A DNA stretch of 64,000 bases from an uncultured Gemmatimonadales bacterium (GTDB lineage Bacteria; Gemmatimonadota; Gemmatimonadetes; Gemmatimonadales; GWC2-71-9), in assembly GCA_963779755.1 (NCBI GenBank), contig CAVZZO010000003.1, positions 704,939-768,938 on the forward strand. Reading direction: 5' to 3'. The number at the start of each line of letters is the position of its first letter. Positions within the stretch are counted from its first letter, which is position 1. The notes beneath the pieces were generated by a model. The model was not told where the DNA came from. It worked only from the letters and a program-made list of their open reading frames with translations, and searched no databases. This document shows positions 63,517-64,000 of this stretch, piece by piece. Made by a program: the position numbers and the translations under genes.

Positions 63517-64000
63517 GCAGCGCCCTGGGACCCTTGGCGCCTACCCGGCAGAACCTGCTGCGGGGCGAACGGTGGCGCGCCCGCCTGTCCAAAGGGACGG
63601 ACCTGCTGCGGCACAAGCGGGAGACCCTGGTAACGGAGCTGTTCCAGCTGGCCCGGCCGGCCACCGATGCGCGAGCCGGCATCGCCACTGTCGCGGCGGA
63701 GGCCTATCCGGCGCTGCTGGGCGCCATGAGCGCCGGGAGCCGCGCCGGACTTCGTGGCGTGAGCTGGCCATTTCGAGACATCGAGGTGGACCTGCGGGTG
63801 GGACAGGTCTGGGGGGTGCCGGTGACGGACATCGTCCAACGCCCCCGCATGCGGCGTACGCCGGCCGCCCGGGATGCGGCGCCCGGCCTGGTCGGCCCCG
63901 CTGCAGCGGTGGCGGCGAGCGCCTTCGAGAGGCTGGCTGACCTGCTGCTGGAGGCAGCCCCGCGGGAGATGCTGCTCCAGCGGCTGGGGCAGGCGCTGGC
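63513..64000 (+). CDS. atpD: V/A-type ATPase subunit D (3' end beyond the window)
   Basis: The ATG at 63513 overlaps the subunit B stop (ATGA). MSSALGPLAPTRQNLLRGERWRARLSKGTDLLRHKRETLV… is typical of a subunit D N-terminus. The frame stays open to the window end. Confidence 0.85.
   Translation, partial: MSSALGPLAPTRQNLLRGERWRARLSKGTDLLRHKRETLVTELFQLARPATDARAGIATVAAEAYPALLGAMSAGSRAGLRGVSWPFRDIEVDLRVGQVWGVPVTDIVQRPRMRRTPAARDAAPGLVGPAAAVAASAFERLADLLLEAAPREMLLQRLGQAL

Overview
This is a visibly GC-rich, gene-dense bacterial chromosomal window. All calls come from reading motifs and synteny by eye, with no database search. Beta-barrel outer-membrane proteins, lipoboxes, Ccm System I and Tat signals indicate a Gram-negative (diderm) organism. 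The phylum cannot be established from the sequence alone.

Content from left to right:
- rplK-nusG-secE-rpmG, preceded by a four-tRNA operon (Thr-Tyr-Gly-Thr) that has a near-consensus promoter.
- cysS and an mscS-family gene, joined by an ATGA overlap.
- A stress or dormancy-like block: two tandem-USP proteins, MgtC/DUF4010, a Met/Gly-rich periplasmic protein and an Acg-type nitroreductase. A GAF histidine kinase, an OmpR-type regulator and a TPCP-motif (P1B-5-like) P-type ATPase run divergently from them.
- An FAD oxidoreductase and a DUF1611 gene.
- A pspA/IM30 plus YbjN-like pair, preceded by seven tandem paralogous small membrane coiled-coil genes and one decayed copy.
- sdaAA/sdaAB, a DPP-IV peptidase and uvrA.
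- A translationally coupled TPR, Macro, Cys-less transglutaminase-like and ABC exporter operon.
- Threonine aldolase.
- A repeat-rich accessory stretch holding pairs of small outer-membrane protein and lipoprotein genes, and a frameshifted PLP threonine/serine dehydratase.
- ccmE (CxxxY variant)-ccmF-ccmH-ccmI-like.
- A complete membrane-bound [NiFe] hydrogenase cluster: small subunit, large subunit, cytochrome b, protease, a zinc-less hypA-like gene, a class II cytochrome c, and hypBFCDE.
- A divergent V/A-type ATPase operon (G/H, I, K, E, C, F, A, B, and D cut by the window edge).

The most interesting signal is the seven-gene (plus one remnant) array at 19381-21562. These are uncharacterised PspB-like single-pass proteins that share a C-terminal ELEERL(D/E)FAERLL motif and sit directly upstream of ybjN-like/pspA.

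The second theme is a dispersed family of hairpins and tracts built from 7-8-nt tandem oligomers. It includes a perfect (CTGCCGTC)x4 tract in frame inside uvrA. It also includes a roughly 115-bp structured element with conserved inverted termini, present as three tandem copies plus one inverted copy that together bracket a two-gene cassette.

No CRISPR array, transposase, integrase or rRNA gene was seen. Many long ORFs in the supplied track are antisense or out-of-frame shadows typical of GC-rich DNA and were not called.
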